Below the pieces are notes generated by a model, which made no database searches, had not been told where the DNA came from, and saw only the letters and a program-made list of their open reading frames with translations. This document shows, piece by piece, positions 1 through 11,900 of a DNA stretch of 64,000 nt; the first letter of the stretch is position 1; every line of letters begins with the position of its first letter. A program made the position numbers and the translations under genes. This stretch comes from Bacteroidia bacterium (GTDB lineage Bacteria; Bacteroidota; Bacteroidia; AKYH767-A; 2013-40CM-41-45), in assembly GCA_046330055.1 (NCBI GenBank), contig JAXLTM010000002.1:56144-120143 (forward strand), given 5' to 3'.

Positions 1-1201
1 TAACCTGAAGTCCCATGTTCGAAACTGTTACAGAGAATGATACTGTAGCCACACCATTTGAAGGACAAGCATCATCATGAACCATTACGGTAAATGTGTA
101 TGGTTGCGGACGGGCATCAGCCGGAGTAGGTGACCAGCAGAAGTGACCAACCGGACTATTAGTCGGGCCTGTTACTGTAAAAGTAGCACCCGGTACACCT
201 TGATTCCATGTCAGTGTAAGGTTTTGGTTAGCATCAGGATCGCCTGTGATTACATCGAAGCAAAGTTGACCACCAACGCAGGCAGAAGTAACGAAGTTAC
301 CTGTACCGTTAATTCCGGATACAGTTGGAAGTGTATTTGTACATTGTACTGTATAAATCTGCATGTCACGCATTACACTACCGATCAGAACACCGTTACG
401 ATATTCCTGGATCAGTACAGCTACTACTGCAACTTCTGTTTGAGTCGGGTGCATCTGAATGTCACCAGTATTAGAGTTGATAGAAACAGCCGGTGAAGAT
501 GTAAGCGGGTTAGCAATTGAATAACCTGTAGCATACGTTACAGGGATGTTTGCGTCTGTGCGTGGAGGAATAAATGAATATACAAGCGAATCTCCGTCAG
601 CGTCAATTACACCATGATTGTAGAAGTTGTTCTGACCAATACATTCGAAAGCAACCGGATAGTTGGAGAATGTAGGGGAGTTGTTGTCCACAGTCATGTT
701 ATTGAGGTAAGCCTCAATATAAAGGTTGTCACCGCTACCGAAATCAAGTGTGGTGATCGCTGCATTACGGCAGCAGTCAGACACGCTGAAATTCCAGTCC
801 GGACATTGTGCCGGAAGCGTAACAACTACTGAATAGGAATAGGCCTGAATTCCGGGAGCTGTACCACCATTACAGGTAGATGGCACACCTGGGCAATTCA
901 AGGTGATTTCCTGTCCGGTTCCCGGATCCTGATTCAATGTATACGACTGAGTAGAGTTACAAGTCGTTGAACTTACATTCAGAAATTCTGAAAGAGGTGC
1001 GTCGATACCCGCGCAGTCACGGTAAAGTGTGTAGGTCACCAGGTATTGTCCGTTTCCCAAACTCTGATAAGTAAGGTCTGCACCGGCCATGTGACTGGCC
1101 TTAGAGGTGTTAATACCGAATGAGCAGAAAATCAGAAGCACGAGGCCCAAATTTTTCCACCAGTTACCGGTAAGTTTTGCGGGGTAAATAGTCTTCATCA
1201 T
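1..1201 (-). CDS. large cell-surface protein, N-terminal part only (C-terminus lies beyond the window start); probable T9SS type-B substrate / adhesin family
   Basis: Absent from the ORF track because it runs off the window edge. Reverse-strand translation from ATGATG at 1201 gives MMKTIYPAKLTGNWWKNLGLVLLIFCSFGINTSKASHMAGADLTYQSLGNGQYLVTYTLYRDCAG..., a signal peptide followed by a conserved N-terminal motif (ADLTYxxLGNxxY...LYRDC) typical of Bacteroidetes giant surface proteins. The frame stays open down to position 1. Confidence 0.6.
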   Translation of the reverse strand, partial: MMKTIYPAKLTGNWWKNLGLVLLIFCSFGINTSKASHMAGADLTYQSLGNGQYLVTYTLYRDCAGIDAPLSEFLNVSSTTCNSTQSYTLNQDPGTGQEITLNCPGVPSTCNGGTAPGIQAYSYSVVVTLPAQCPDWNFSVSDCCRNAAITTLDFGSGDNLYIEAYLNNMTVDNNSPTFSNYPVAFECIGQNNFYNHGVIDADGDSLVYSFIPPRTDANIPVTYATGYSIANPLTSSPAVSINSNTGDIQMHPTQTEVAVVAVLIQEYRNGVLIGSVMRDMQIYTVQCTNTLPTVSGINGTGNFVTSACVGGQLCFDVITGDPDANQNLTLTWNQGVPGATFTVTGPTNSPVGHFCWSPTPADARPQPYTFTVMVHDDACPSNGVATVSFSVTVSNMGLQV

Positions 1202-1457
1202 CTTCGTTTTGTTTGTTTTCTTTAGAGATTGCTTGTATTAGATTGTAAATTTACTTTTGATGCAAGGCGATTGCTCAAATTCTTTTGTAAAAGACACAGA
1301 TAGTTGGGTGAAAATTTCAAAATCCTTTACGAAAGAATTTCGATGAATAGAGTGATTTACGAATCTGATTAAGCCGTGCAATCTTATTCAGGGTTGGGAT
1401 AGCAATATTAGCTGAAAAACCAATACCGGTCAAGGTTTTGGAGGGGGCTTAACATAA

Positions 1458-1748
1458 TTATATCAACAATTTGTCGAGTGACCAGGCCTCGGCAGGGGCA
1501 GAAAATAACACTTTGGTTTTCTGCCATGTATCTTTGAAAAGCCGCGACTGACGGTACTTTTCAAGGCTTTCAGCCTCATCCCATGTTGAAAACGTCATGT
1601 AAATTGACGGATTATTGAGGTCTTTCAATAGCTCAACCCCGTGGCAGCCTGGAAATTCACGGATTTTAGGCCCGCTGGACCTGAAAATCTCCTCAAATTC
1701 GCCCGTTTTTTCAGGCAAAAACGTCATTTTTACGATGCGTATGATCAT
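1458..1748 (-). CDS. antibiotic biosynthesis monooxygenase (ABM/Dabb) family protein
   Basis: The 96-aa ORF (KMTFLPEKTGEFEEIF...STWDEAESLEKYRQS) has ABM-domain-like size and motifs. Its start overlaps the stop of the upstream gene by 4 nt. Confidence 0.6.
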   Translation of the reverse strand: MIIRIVKMTFLPEKTGEFEEIFRSSGPKIREFPGCHGVELLKDLNNPSIYMTFSTWDEAESLEKYRQSRLFKDTWQKTKVLFSAPAEAWSLDKLLI

Positions 1749-2524
1749 TGAAATTCTACCCTGACCGGGTCCATGAGTTTTAATCCGAGTAATTTTGAAG
1801 CCTCTGCTTTATTTAAGGCAATTTCAAGGTAGCCTTCTGCATTAAACAGACCGATCATTTCACCAACTTCCGTTTCTTCATAGGTCAGGCTTATCTTATT
1901 GATGGAATATCCTGCATTTCTAAACCGGATGGTGAATTCTCTGTCTTTTCGTTCCCTGTCAAACAGCTCCTTCGTAATATTTAATACAACATTGCCGAAT
2001 GCATCAATGTACATCACAGCACCTCTCAATGAATTCGGATCTACTGTCGGCTGAGAAAAGAAACTGCGTGTCAGCTCTCCGTCTTCTTTTCCGAGTGCCG
2101 ATGGCGAACTTCCTTTCGTCAGACTAATCAGATGATCGGTTAATGCACGCTGGATTTTTTCGCGCTCCTGATAAATGGTAAGTGGAAGACGGTAAACTTT
2201 GTTCTTGCTTTCTCCTAAGACCAGACTAAAAATTCCACTGTCGTAACCGATGAAGTAATGTCCTTCACTTTCTACAATAACATACGGATGATCATTCTCA
2301 GGATTTTCATTCCCTGTCATGCCGACAAAATGAATGGTACCGGCAGGAAATTTAAAACATGAATTTCTCAGCACGTATGCTCCGTGCATGATGTCAAATT
2401 TTTCTATCTCATTCGAAATGTCAACCAGTAAAAGACCGGGAATTGAACTCAGCAATTCTCCCTTGAGCGCCGGCAGGCAGGGGTCTGAATTTCCCCAGTC
2501 AGTAGTAAATGTAAGAACGGGCAT
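1745..2524 (-). CDS. SAM hydroxide adenosyltransferase / SAM hydrolase family protein (DUF62, fluorinase-chlorinase superfamily)
   Basis: The N-terminus LTFTTDWGNSDPCLPALKGEL matches the DUF62 TDFG...Y.G.MKG motif, and the 259-aa length fits the family. Confidence 0.7.
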   Translation of the reverse strand: MPVLTFTTDWGNSDPCLPALKGELLSSIPGLLLVDISNEIEKFDIMHGAYVLRNSCFKFPAGTIHFVGMTGNENPENDHPYVIVESEGHYFIGYDSGIFSLVLGESKNKVYRLPLTIYQEREKIQRALTDHLISLTKGSSPSALGKEDGELTRSFFSQPTVDPNSLRGAVMYIDAFGNVVLNITKELFDRERKDREFTIRFRNAGYSINKISLTYEETEVGEMIGLFNAEGYLEIALNKAEASKLLGLKLMDPVRVEFQ

Positions 2525-2674
2525 GCTCGAATGCTGATTTCCGATGTTGATAACTTGTAGCTTTGTTTAAGCCAAAAGTAGCGAGTTTTAATTAGTATTG
2601 AAACGAAATCTTTCCTGAGTTATCAGCCTGCACACGGCAATAACTTTGGTTTTGCTAACCCAAATATAAAGACA

Positions 2675-3616
2675 TTGAGCGAAGTAATAATTCCTATCGA
2701 CACGTTTAATCCTGTCGAATTTTTTGGCGTGAATGACAGCAATCTGGAAGTCATCCGTCGCAACTTTCCCGAACTGAAACTGGTGGCACGCGGAAATGAA
2801 ATTAAAGTAATCGGTGATGAGAAGAATATTCATGTCTTCAGCGAAAAAATAAACCGCCTCATTCAGCATTATCAAAAGTTCGGCAGTCTGACAACTGATA
2901 ATGTAGAACATTTTCTGGCCGATAAAGGCAGCTCACCTGAGAAACAAGCGCAGGTAGCTTCCGGCGAAGTTTTGGTTTTCGGACAAAATGGTATCATGGT
3001 CAGAGCCCGTACCGCCAATCAGAAAAAGATGGTGGAAAGTTCGGAAAAGAATGATATCGTTTTTGCTATCGGCCCTGCAGGAACCGGTAAAACATATACC
3101 GCTGTAGCTCTGGCTGTACGTGCTCTGAAAAATCGTGAAATCAAACGGATCATTCTGACCCGGCCGGCAGTTGAAGCGGGTGAAAATCTGGGTTTCCTTC
3201 CGGGCGACTTGAAAGAAAAAATAGATCCTTATCTGCGCCCGCTCTATGATGCCTTGTATGATATGATTCAGGGTGAAAAGGTGAAGAGTTATGTGGAAAG
3301 TGGTGTTATTGAAGTAGCTCCGCTTGCTTTTATGCGCGGACGAACGCTTGACAATGCATTCGTAATCCTGGATGAAGCTCAGAATGCGACAGAGAGTCAG
3401 CTTAAGATGTTCCTTACGCGTATGGGACCATCGGCAAAATTCATCGTCACGGGTGATGTGACTCAGATTGACCTGCCGCGTAATCAGCCATCCGGACTTG
3501 TTCAGGCAATAAAGATTCTTAGTAATGTGAAAGGAATCGACTTTATCTACCTCGATGCTCAGGATGTTGTTCGCCATCGTTTGGTAAAAGAAATTATTGA
3601 AGCATATAATAAGTAA
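2675..3616 (+). CDS. phoH: PhoH family ATPase
   Basis: Walker A motif IGPAGTGKTYTAVALAV plus the conserved PhoH block ILTRPAVEAGENLGFLPGDLKEKIDPYLRPLYDAL. The ORF-track start is a TTG, so the exact start is uncertain. Confidence 0.85.
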   Translation: MSEVIIPIDTFNPVEFFGVNDSNLEVIRRNFPELKLVARGNEIKVIGDEKNIHVFSEKINRLIQHYQKFGSLTTDNVEHFLADKGSSPEKQAQVASGEVLVFGQNGIMVRARTANQKKMVESSEKNDIVFAIGPAGTGKTYTAVALAVRALKNREIKRIILTRPAVEAGENLGFLPGDLKEKIDPYLRPLYDALYDMIQGEKVKSYVESGVIEVAPLAFMRGRTLDNAFVILDEAQNATESQLKMFLTRMGPSAKFIVTGDVTQIDLPRNQPSGLVQAIKILSNVKGIDFIYLDAQDVVRHRLVKEIIEAYNK

Positions 3617-3674
3617 TTTTGCACTGCTTAATAATTTGCCGGTTTCCGGTTCACATTCTTAATTTCTGACTAAG

Positions 3675-4634
3675 ATGACTTTCACTGCCGAAGCATTAGC
3701 CGCTACTTCATTTCAACTTCCCGGACAAAAATCCTTTTACAAAGGAAAAGTACGTGATGTATATGACCTCGGGAAATACTTAGTCATGATAGTGACCGAC
3801 AGAATTTCTGCCTTCGATGTTGTGCTTCCCAAGCCGATTCCCTTCAAAGGTCAGGTGTTGAATCAGATTGCTTCAATGATGCTGGAGAAGACTTCCGACA
3901 TCGTTCCGAATTGGGTACTCAGTGTTCCGGATCCTAATGTTACCATCGGCCGCAAGTGCGAACCGTTTAAAGTGGAAATGGTCATTCGAGGTTATCTTGC
4001 CGGCCATGCAGCTCGTGAATATCATGCCGGAAGAAAAACAGTCTGTGGTGTGACACTTCCCGACGGGCTCAAAGAAAATCAGCGCCTGCCTGAGCCTATC
4101 ATTACTCCGACAACTAAAGCTTCCGAAGGTCATGATATGGATATTTCCCGCGAAGAAATTATTGCACGGAATATTGTAAGCAGGGAAGACTATGAGCTGA
4201 TGGAAAAATATACGTATGCTCTTTTTAAACGCGGAAGTGAAATTGCTGCTGAACGCGGCTTGCTGCTTGTCGACACGAAATATGAGTTTGGAAAATCTGA
4301 TGGAAAGATTTTTCTGATCGATGAAATTCTTACCCCTGATTCATCCAGGTATTTTTATGCCGATGGTTATGAAAGCCGTCTTGAAAAAGGCGAGGCGCAG
4401 AAGCAATTGTCAAAAGAATTTGTTCGCCAATGGCTCATCGAAAATAATTTTCAGGGTAAAGAAGGACAACATGTGCCTGAAATGAGCGATGCATGGGTGG
4501 CGCAGATATCAGAACGCTACATCGAACTCTATGAAAAGCTGAGCGGTGAAAAATTCAAACCTGCAGACACAACTGATATCAATTCCAGAATTGAAAAAAA
4601 TATTCAGCTGGCAATTTCAAAATTAAATTCCTGA
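3675..4634 (+). CDS. purC: phosphoribosylaminoimidazole-succinocarboxamide synthase (SAICAR synthetase)
   Basis: [12 protein letters not shown]...[13 protein letters not shown] and [10 protein letters not shown] are characteristic PurC motifs, and the gene has an ATG start. Confidence 0.9.
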   Translation: MTFTAEALAATSFQLPGQKSFYKGKVRDVYDLGKYLVMIVTDRISAFDVVLPKPIPFKGQVLNQIASMMLEKTSDIVPNWVLSVPDPNVTIGRKCEPFKVEMVIRGYLAGHAAREYHAGRKTVCGVTLPDGLKENQRLPEPIITPTTKASEGHDMDISREEIIARNIVSREDYELMEKYTYALFKRGSEIAAERGLLLVDTKYEFGKSDGKIFLIDEILTPDSSRYFYADGYESRLEKGEAQKQLSKEFVRQWLIENNFQGKEGQHVPEMSDAWVAQISERYIELYEKLSGEKFKPADTTDINSRIEKNIQLAISKLNS

Positions 4635-4654
4635 GGTAACTCTTTGCTTAAGCC

Positions 4655-5827
4655 ATGCGCGAAAAGTATTTTTTTGAAAGAGTCCGGGAAATCGTGTCTT
4701 CGTATACTGAAGAGGGGCCGTTCTCTCTGCATCTGAATTCATTTTTTCGCTCTCATCCGAACATGGGAGCAAAGGACAGACGAACAACCCGCGATTTTTG
4801 CTTCACCTACTTCCGAATCGGCAGAGCAATACAGGATTATAGTTTTCTTCAACGACTCGCCATTGCATCGTTTCTTTGCCATGATGCTGGCAATGAATTA
4901 AACGATTTTCTTCTGGCTAATTACGCTCCACAACTTGCCGGTGATATCAACGGTTCAGTTGATGTGAAGCTAAAGCGCACTGAAGATTTATATCCGGCCT
5001 TCAAACGCTCCGATATATTTCCATCTCTTGATATGGTTTCACGTGAAATTGATCGTGAAAAATTTCTTGCATCACATTTCCGTCAGCCACTGACATGGAT
5101 AAGGTTGAGAAAGAAATTTGAAAATGCAGTGCGAAAAGAACTGGAAGAAAAACAAATCAGGATAGCGGAGGATAAAAACAATCAATGCCTTGGTTTATTT
5201 CCGGCTCAGAAGGTGGACGATTTGAAAACCTATCGCTCAGGCTATTTTGAAATACAGGATTACAGTTCGCAACAGATGTCTGCATACTATAAACCGATTG
5301 AAGGAACATATTGGCTCGATGCCTGTGCTGCATCGGGAGGCAAATCGTTACTTCTTGCAGAGCAAGCCGAAAATATCCGTATCCATGCAACGGATGTAAG
5401 AATGAGCTCGCTTTTGAATTATAAAGAGCGGCTTGAAAAATCCGGTTTTAAGAACTTCAAAACCGCATTACATGACCTCTCTAAAACCCCATTGAAAGAG
5501 AAATTTGATGGCATCATTGCCGACGTGCCCTGCACAGGAAGCGGAACCTGGTCAAGAAATCCGGAGCATCTCGGAAGAAAGCATGATGAACAGAAAATTG
5601 ATTCCTTCGTCAAACTTCAACGTCGAATCATGCTGAATCTGATGGAATCTCTTCCTGTCGGGAAGCCTGTAATTTACTCTACGTGTTCAGCATATGCTGT
5701 TGAAAACGAGCTTAATGTGATGTTCTTCAAGGAGAATTTTCCACTCAAAGAAGAAGCCTCAGCTTACCTGAAGGGGTTTGATAACAGGGCCGATACTATG
5801 TTCATTTCAAGGCTGGTTAAAGTGTAG
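4655..5827 (+). CDS. RsmB/NOP-family class I SAM-dependent RNA m5C methyltransferase
   Basis: LDACAASGGKS (SAM-binding) and DVPCTGSGTWSRNPE (catalytic Cys) motifs of the Sun/NOP2 family are present. Confidence 0.8.
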   Translation: MREKYFFERVREIVSSYTEEGPFSLHLNSFFRSHPNMGAKDRRTTRDFCFTYFRIGRAIQDYSFLQRLAIASFLCHDAGNELNDFLLANYAPQLAGDINGSVDVKLKRTEDLYPAFKRSDIFPSLDMVSREIDREKFLASHFRQPLTWIRLRKKFENAVRKELEEKQIRIAEDKNNQCLGLFPAQKVDDLKTYRSGYFEIQDYSSQQMSAYYKPIEGTYWLDACAASGGKSLLLAEQAENIRIHATDVRMSSLLNYKERLEKSGFKNFKTALHDLSKTPLKEKFDGIIADVPCTGSGTWSRNPEHLGRKHDEQKIDSFVKLQRRIMLNLMESLPVGKPVIYSTCSAYAVENELNVMFFKENFPLKEEASAYLKGFDNRADTMFISRLVKV

Positions 5828-5917
5828 GATTTTGACCATTATTCATTAAAAATCCTCCTTTTATCAGAAACTAATCACCTCATGGTCAGTATAATTTTAG
5901 AGAATAAGTAGAATAAA

Positions 5918-8900
5918 GTGAAATCAGCATTTACCGGTAAATTTCTCCGGATCATCGTTTTTTTAATACTGCTATCTTCCTCGGTATCAGCGCAAACACC
6001 TGCTTCCTCAGAAAGTGATCTGAAGAAACAGGCTGATCGCTATTTCAACGATGAGGATTATGATGATGCTTTGATTCCGTATTCTCAATTGCTTAGCCTT
6101 TATCCTCAGAATAACGTCTACAACTACCGTTACGGAGTTTGTCTGATCATCGCCGGTAAAGAAAAAACCAATGCTGTATTATTTCTCCAGAAGGCATCTG
6201 CCGATGCTACCATGCCGGAAGATGTGTGGTATTATCTGGCAAAAGCTTATCTGATCGTTGGAAAGTTTTCCGATGCAGAAAGCGCATTGACAACCTTCAA
6301 CAGTAAAGCATCGCCTTCCAAACAAAAGAAACTGGATTCAGCTACACTGCTTGCTAATTGCAGGGTGGCAGTCGAGACTCAGAAGAACAGAAAAAATGTT
6401 GTCTTTCTGGAAAATAAAATTGTCGCCCGAAATGACTTCTCGCATTCATTCGATTGGTCGCTTGCCAACGGCCGATATATCCCGGCTGCTGAACAATTTT
6501 TGAGCGGTGCCGACAAGGATAATCTTCAGGATGCTTCCATGTTTATCACCAACGATAAGCAAACGATTTACATATCCAGCTATGGGAAAAACTCTCTCGG
6601 CGGGAAAGACATTTATATCATCCGTAAACAACCGAATGGACAATGGAGTACTCCTGAAAATCTCGGTGCTCCGGTAAACACAGCCGCTGATGAAGATTTT
6701 CCATATCTGGATCGTGATGGTAAAACACTTTACTTCTCTGCTAAAAATGAAAATTCAATTGGAGGCTATGATGTATTCACATCCGTAATCGATTTCAATA
6801 CGGGCAAATGGTCTTCACCTGAAAATATGGGTTGGCCAATCAATACAATTGGCGACGATTATCTTTTCGTTCCTGTTTCAAAGGGTAAAGAAGCATTTTA
6901 TGCTACAACTGTAGAAGCAGGTAAAAAGGAAATTTCCATTCGCAAGATTCAATTGCCTGATGCAGTTTCTGATCTGGTCACTATCAACGGTCTTTATTTC
7001 CCGCTGGATCAACGCGTGCGTCGCGATGCACGGATTTCAATTCTTCGCGGCGACGGAAAAGGATTAATCACCACAGTTTATACAGATCCCCAGAACGGTC
7101 ATTATGAAGTAGACCTGGAACCTGGTAAGGATTATATGATCGTGGTTGAAGGCGGAGGCTATGTACCACATGCCGAATCATTCAGTGTTCCTTCAGGATT
7201 GAACAATCCGGATTTGCGTCAGGTAGTTAAACTGAACAGAAGTAAAGACAATGAGTCAATGACGCTGGAAAATTATTTCTATCCGGTTGATCTTGCCTCA
7301 ACACAAACTCCTTCGCAGACAATTTCGGCTGACTATACACCAACGGATTCTTCTTCCACTATGGTGGTGAACATCAATAATAGTGAAGTTCGCGTAACTA
7401 AACCTGGAACGGGAAGAAAAGAAACCACTCTTGCTGAAAATTCTGAATCAAATGATTCGACGAATGAAAATGCAAAGGATAATTTTGATCCGACTCTGGA
7501 GAAAAATATGAGTCCAGATGATGTTCGTCAGAAAGAAGAAGAAAGCAAACGCAAAGCTGAATTGGTTGAAGACGAAAAATCTCCGAAGTACGATATTACG
7601 ATCAGCAATGAAGAATTAGCCACGATTGCTGAAAATGATGCCAAAGTCGCCAGAGCAGAAGCAGATAGTCTGAAGAAAGAAGTAGAACGATTGTCGTCTG
7701 CTGCCTCTGAGAGAGAATCATTAGCAGATTCCTATACAGCTAAAGCACTAAAAGCTGATGAAGGCGATAAAATGGTATATCAGAATAAAGCTTACGAGCT
7801 GAAAACTGAAGCAGAAGACCTGCGTCGTCAAAGTGCCGACATGCAACTTGCTGCCAGTGCCAAGGAAGCAGAAGCCGCATCGTCTGAACAGGATGCCATC
7901 GCTTTAAAATCATCAGTTGAAAGCTCTTCACTTGCTTCAAATACGAAGAAAGGAAAAGGAGGGAAGTCGGCAACAGGCAGTAAGTCAGGAAAGCCATCAA
8001 CACGATTTGGTGAAACCGGAAATACTGAATCAACGCCTGCCTCAGTTCAGCAATCAACGGAACCTGTAGTTTCAGAAAATACAAACACTAGAAATGTAAC
8101 TGCCGGCGTAGAGACTACCGGTGGAGAAAATGCCACTACACCTTCTGCCAAAAATAGTAATTCGGATCAAAGTAATTCTTCTGCTACTGCTGAACAAACT
8201 GAACCGGCAACGACAGTCGGTGTGGAATCTGTGAAAGGTACTGAAACTAAGAATGTATCCGGTACAGGAAAGGAAAATGATGCACTTGCATCATCGCCAA
8301 CCAATGAGAAGAATGTGAATTCAGGCGTATCTGCAGAAAATCCGGCTACGACCACTTCAGAAAATAAATCTCCTTCAACATCCTCAAATGGAAACAATGC
8401 TGATGTTGCAGGCAAAAAGCAAAAAACTGAAAATGCAGATAATTCTCTTGCAGTGAATACACCTTCCGGTGAGAAAACACATTCAGAGAATATTCAGGTC
8501 AGGACAAATGAAAATCAAAGTGAAGTTGCTGCACCCGGAAATACTCAAGAAGGAAAAGTAACCTCCGGTAATTCGACAAAAGGAAATGATCAAAGTAATC
8601 AGGGTGAATTGCCTTCAACAATTTCCAATTCTTCAGAGAAAAGTAATACACAAAGTGCTACTGCAGAACAGTCAGCAACTCTGACGGATGACCGGAAATC
8701 TGCAAACGACGCTAGCCGAACTGAAACCAATTATAATAATGAAGTGCCTGCGGGTACGACAGAATCAAACACTCCAAATTCAGGTACAGGAAAGGCTGAA
8801 TCTACACCTTCAACTCAGGCTGCAGGAGAAAATAATACTGCCGGGAAACCAAATTCTACCGGACTTGGTGTAACAATTCAAAGCGGACCGGAATCTACCT

Positions 8901-11900
8901 CCGGTAATGCACCATTGGCTTCAGACTCCAGAAATTCTGATCAGCAAAAAAATCAGGAAATTAACACTCCGACTACCGGAAAGGAGACTTCATCGGAACA
9001 AGTTAACGGTGAAACAGCATCAGCACCTGCTCCTTCAACTAAACCTTCAGGTAATGTACAAAGTGGTTTAGAGAATCCTGCTGCGCAAGCTTCAAGCACG
9101 CAACCGGCAAAGAGTCAGAGTGATCAGTCAAATAAATCTTCAGAGAAGTTTGCCAATGGAAATAAGCCATCAACAACTTCAGGTAAACCATCGGGAGAAT
9201 CAAATCTATCCGGAAGCAAGCCGAATCAGAATTCTGTAAATGAATCTCAGGTTTCAAATTCCGATATGGCAACTTCAACACCTCAAAATCAAAATGCAAA
9301 TGATGTGAAGACTGCGTCGGGTTCAGATAAATCAACGACTCGGAATACGGAGCTGGCATTAAATACCGCTACAGAAAAGAATCAGGCGGATAACGCAGCA
9401 GACAATACAGCTGTTTCGACATCAGATTCTGCCTCTGCGGAGAATTATCAGTCAACAGCAGAGTTAAAGAAATACGATTTGCCTCCATTGAATGAGGAGC
9501 AAAAACCTCTTCCGGCAGATATCAATTCCCGTTCTATGCTCCCGGTGAAAGAGGAAGCGAGATTGGCTTTTCAGGAATATAAACGCAAACTTTCAAATTC
9601 GAAGAAACTTGCAAATCAGGCGATCGAACTGGAGAACAGAATTTCAGTCATGAAAGCATCTCCGGAGCGCGATAGCCTTATATATGTAGCGAATGATTTA
9701 AATAGTCAGTCTTCTGATGTTTATCGCCAGTCGATGGAACAATTGGAAGCCGCCAAACAAATAGATCCTGAAGTTGCGGAGAAGATGGAGCAGAATGAAC
9801 AAATTATTGCTTACAATTCTTCAGTTTCACAGAATCAAAATGGCAAGAATGCAGTTAGAAATTCTGTACCTGAAAATTCCAAAGAAGGATCCGGTGAAGT
9901 TGCAACTGATGCAACCAATCCTTCAGCCGGTGCTGCTAACGCAACGCAGCCTGCAGAAAAGGACGAAACGATGGCCATGAATGCAGCGCCTGTTAAATCA
10001 GCACCTGAAGAAGCAGCTCCGGTTGTAATTGCACCGCCATTGTCGGAAGCTGAAGCGAAAGAAGTAGAAGAAATGACAAACTTCGCTGTTGAAACTCCGA
10101 ATGGAACGGAACAGATTAAGATCAGCACCGAAGGACTCGATACCAGAAATCCTGAGTTCAAAAATTATGTTGAATTAAATAAGAAAATCACGAACAAGCA
10201 GGTTGAAACGATCAATGTTTTTGCCGAAGCCGTAAATCTGAATAAGAAGGCAGTTGAAGAAAAGCAGGAGCAGGGGCGCTTAATGGATAGCGCTGAAATG
10301 GAACAGGATATTCAGAAGAAAGCAAAGATCTTTGTTCAGGCAGATAGCATGAAAGCGCTTGCTGAAGCAGATGCAAAATTATCGGAAGAGAAATTCAGAA
10401 TTGCTCAAAGTAAAACCGGTGATGTAAAATCTGTAACCGCACAGATGGAAGAAGTCAAGAGCCGGATTACTTTACCGGGTGCTAAAACCGCTGCCCGTTC
10501 AACAGCTTCTGTAGTTCGTCCACAAGAAAAAACAAAGGTTGACGAGACTTATGCCGATGCAGTGAACAGCAAACCTGAAGAATTGCCTCAGGTGAATTCA
10601 GTTCCTGCTGAAGGAAGTAATGTCCGTACAACAACCAATATTGCTAACTTAGGTCAGAGCACTTCAACTGAGGAAAATAATGTAGCAAGCACTCAGCAAA
10701 ATCAGGTCACTGAAAATGATATTACTTCGGTAACCGGATCAAATGGTCCCGTCAAGGGAAGTGTTACTGTAACAGTAACTGAGGAAGAGAAGCAAACTTT
10801 TGCCACACAATCATTCAGCATTGCCGACAAGCCGGTGTATTCGGATGCCAATCCGATTCCGATGAATCCTGAATTGCCTGAAGGATTGGTATTCAAAGTT
10901 CAGATCGGCGCCTTCCATAAACCGATTCCATCTGAGTCATTCAAAGGTGTTCAGCCGATCAGTGGGGAAACCACTCGTCCGGGCTGGGTTCGTTATTGTG
11001 TTGGACTATTCAAAACATTTGAACCGGCCGGTGTTGTGAAAAAAGAAATGCAGTCACGTGGATTCAAGGATGCATTCGTCGTGGCTTATTATAACGGTAA
11101 GCGTATAGAACTTAGTCAGGCTTATGCAATGCTGGCCAAAGATGGCAAAGGACTCGACAATGCCTATGTGTCCACCTCACGAAAAGAAATGGCTCTCCTG
11201 AGAGCAAATAATATTCGTCCTGAAAATAATGCTGAAGTTCGTCGTGGAACTATCGGTGAGGACGAAAAGGCCTTCTACGGCGACAATGCAAGCCGTGAAA
11301 TGAAGTCAGTCGCTGCTGTTGAATATGCAGTTCAGGTTGGAGTATATCGTTCCGAAACAGCTCCCGTTGCTATTCGTCCACTGATGCCTTTGTTCACTGA
11401 GAAAATTAAAAATAATCTCTACCGCTTTACTACTGATCACTTCATAGATTACGCTACTGCTGATTCAATGAAACGTGTCGCAAGAGCTAAAGGAGTGAAG
11501 GATGCTTTCATTGTTGTATATCGCAATGGCGCTATGTCGAATCTTGCTTCTGTTCCTGTTTCAGAAAGAAGAAAAACAACGGCAAATTCTGTTTCAGTAT
11601 TGACAAATGCTAATAGCAGTAGCGCACTTGACCAAAGCTCCAATGATGTTGCCGTGAGTACAGCACCTTCCGCATCTCGTGAAGGACTTGTTTATCGTGT
11701 TCAGTTAGGAGCCTTCAGAAATAACATTCCATTCAGTTCGGTAGTTGCTTTCCTTCAGGTAGCCGATAAAGGTATCACTCAGCAAACCGACGACCGCGGC
11801 CTCCATATTTTCTACGCCGGCGAATTTACCGATTACGAATCAGCAGTCGCATTGCGTGCAGAGATTGTAGCAAAAGGAATTACGGATGCTTTTGTGGTAA

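Noticed and set aside
143-832. Plus-strand ORFs 143..496 and 614..832
   Set aside because: They lie antisense inside the clearly coding minus-strand surface-protein gene (1..1201) and their translations have no protein-like features.
2588-3577. Minus-strand ORFs 2588..2911 and 2933..3577
   Set aside because: They are antisense to phoH, which has unambiguous Walker A and PhoH motifs.
6446-11643. Several short minus-strand ORFs (6446..6643, 7740..8084, 8167..8415, 9039..9359, 9835..10161, 10702..10896, 11449..11643) and plus-frame ORFs 8688..8873 and 9774..9980
   Set aside because: All fall inside the continuous 2003-codon frame. The low-complexity composition of that gene generates long open frames in other phases by chance.
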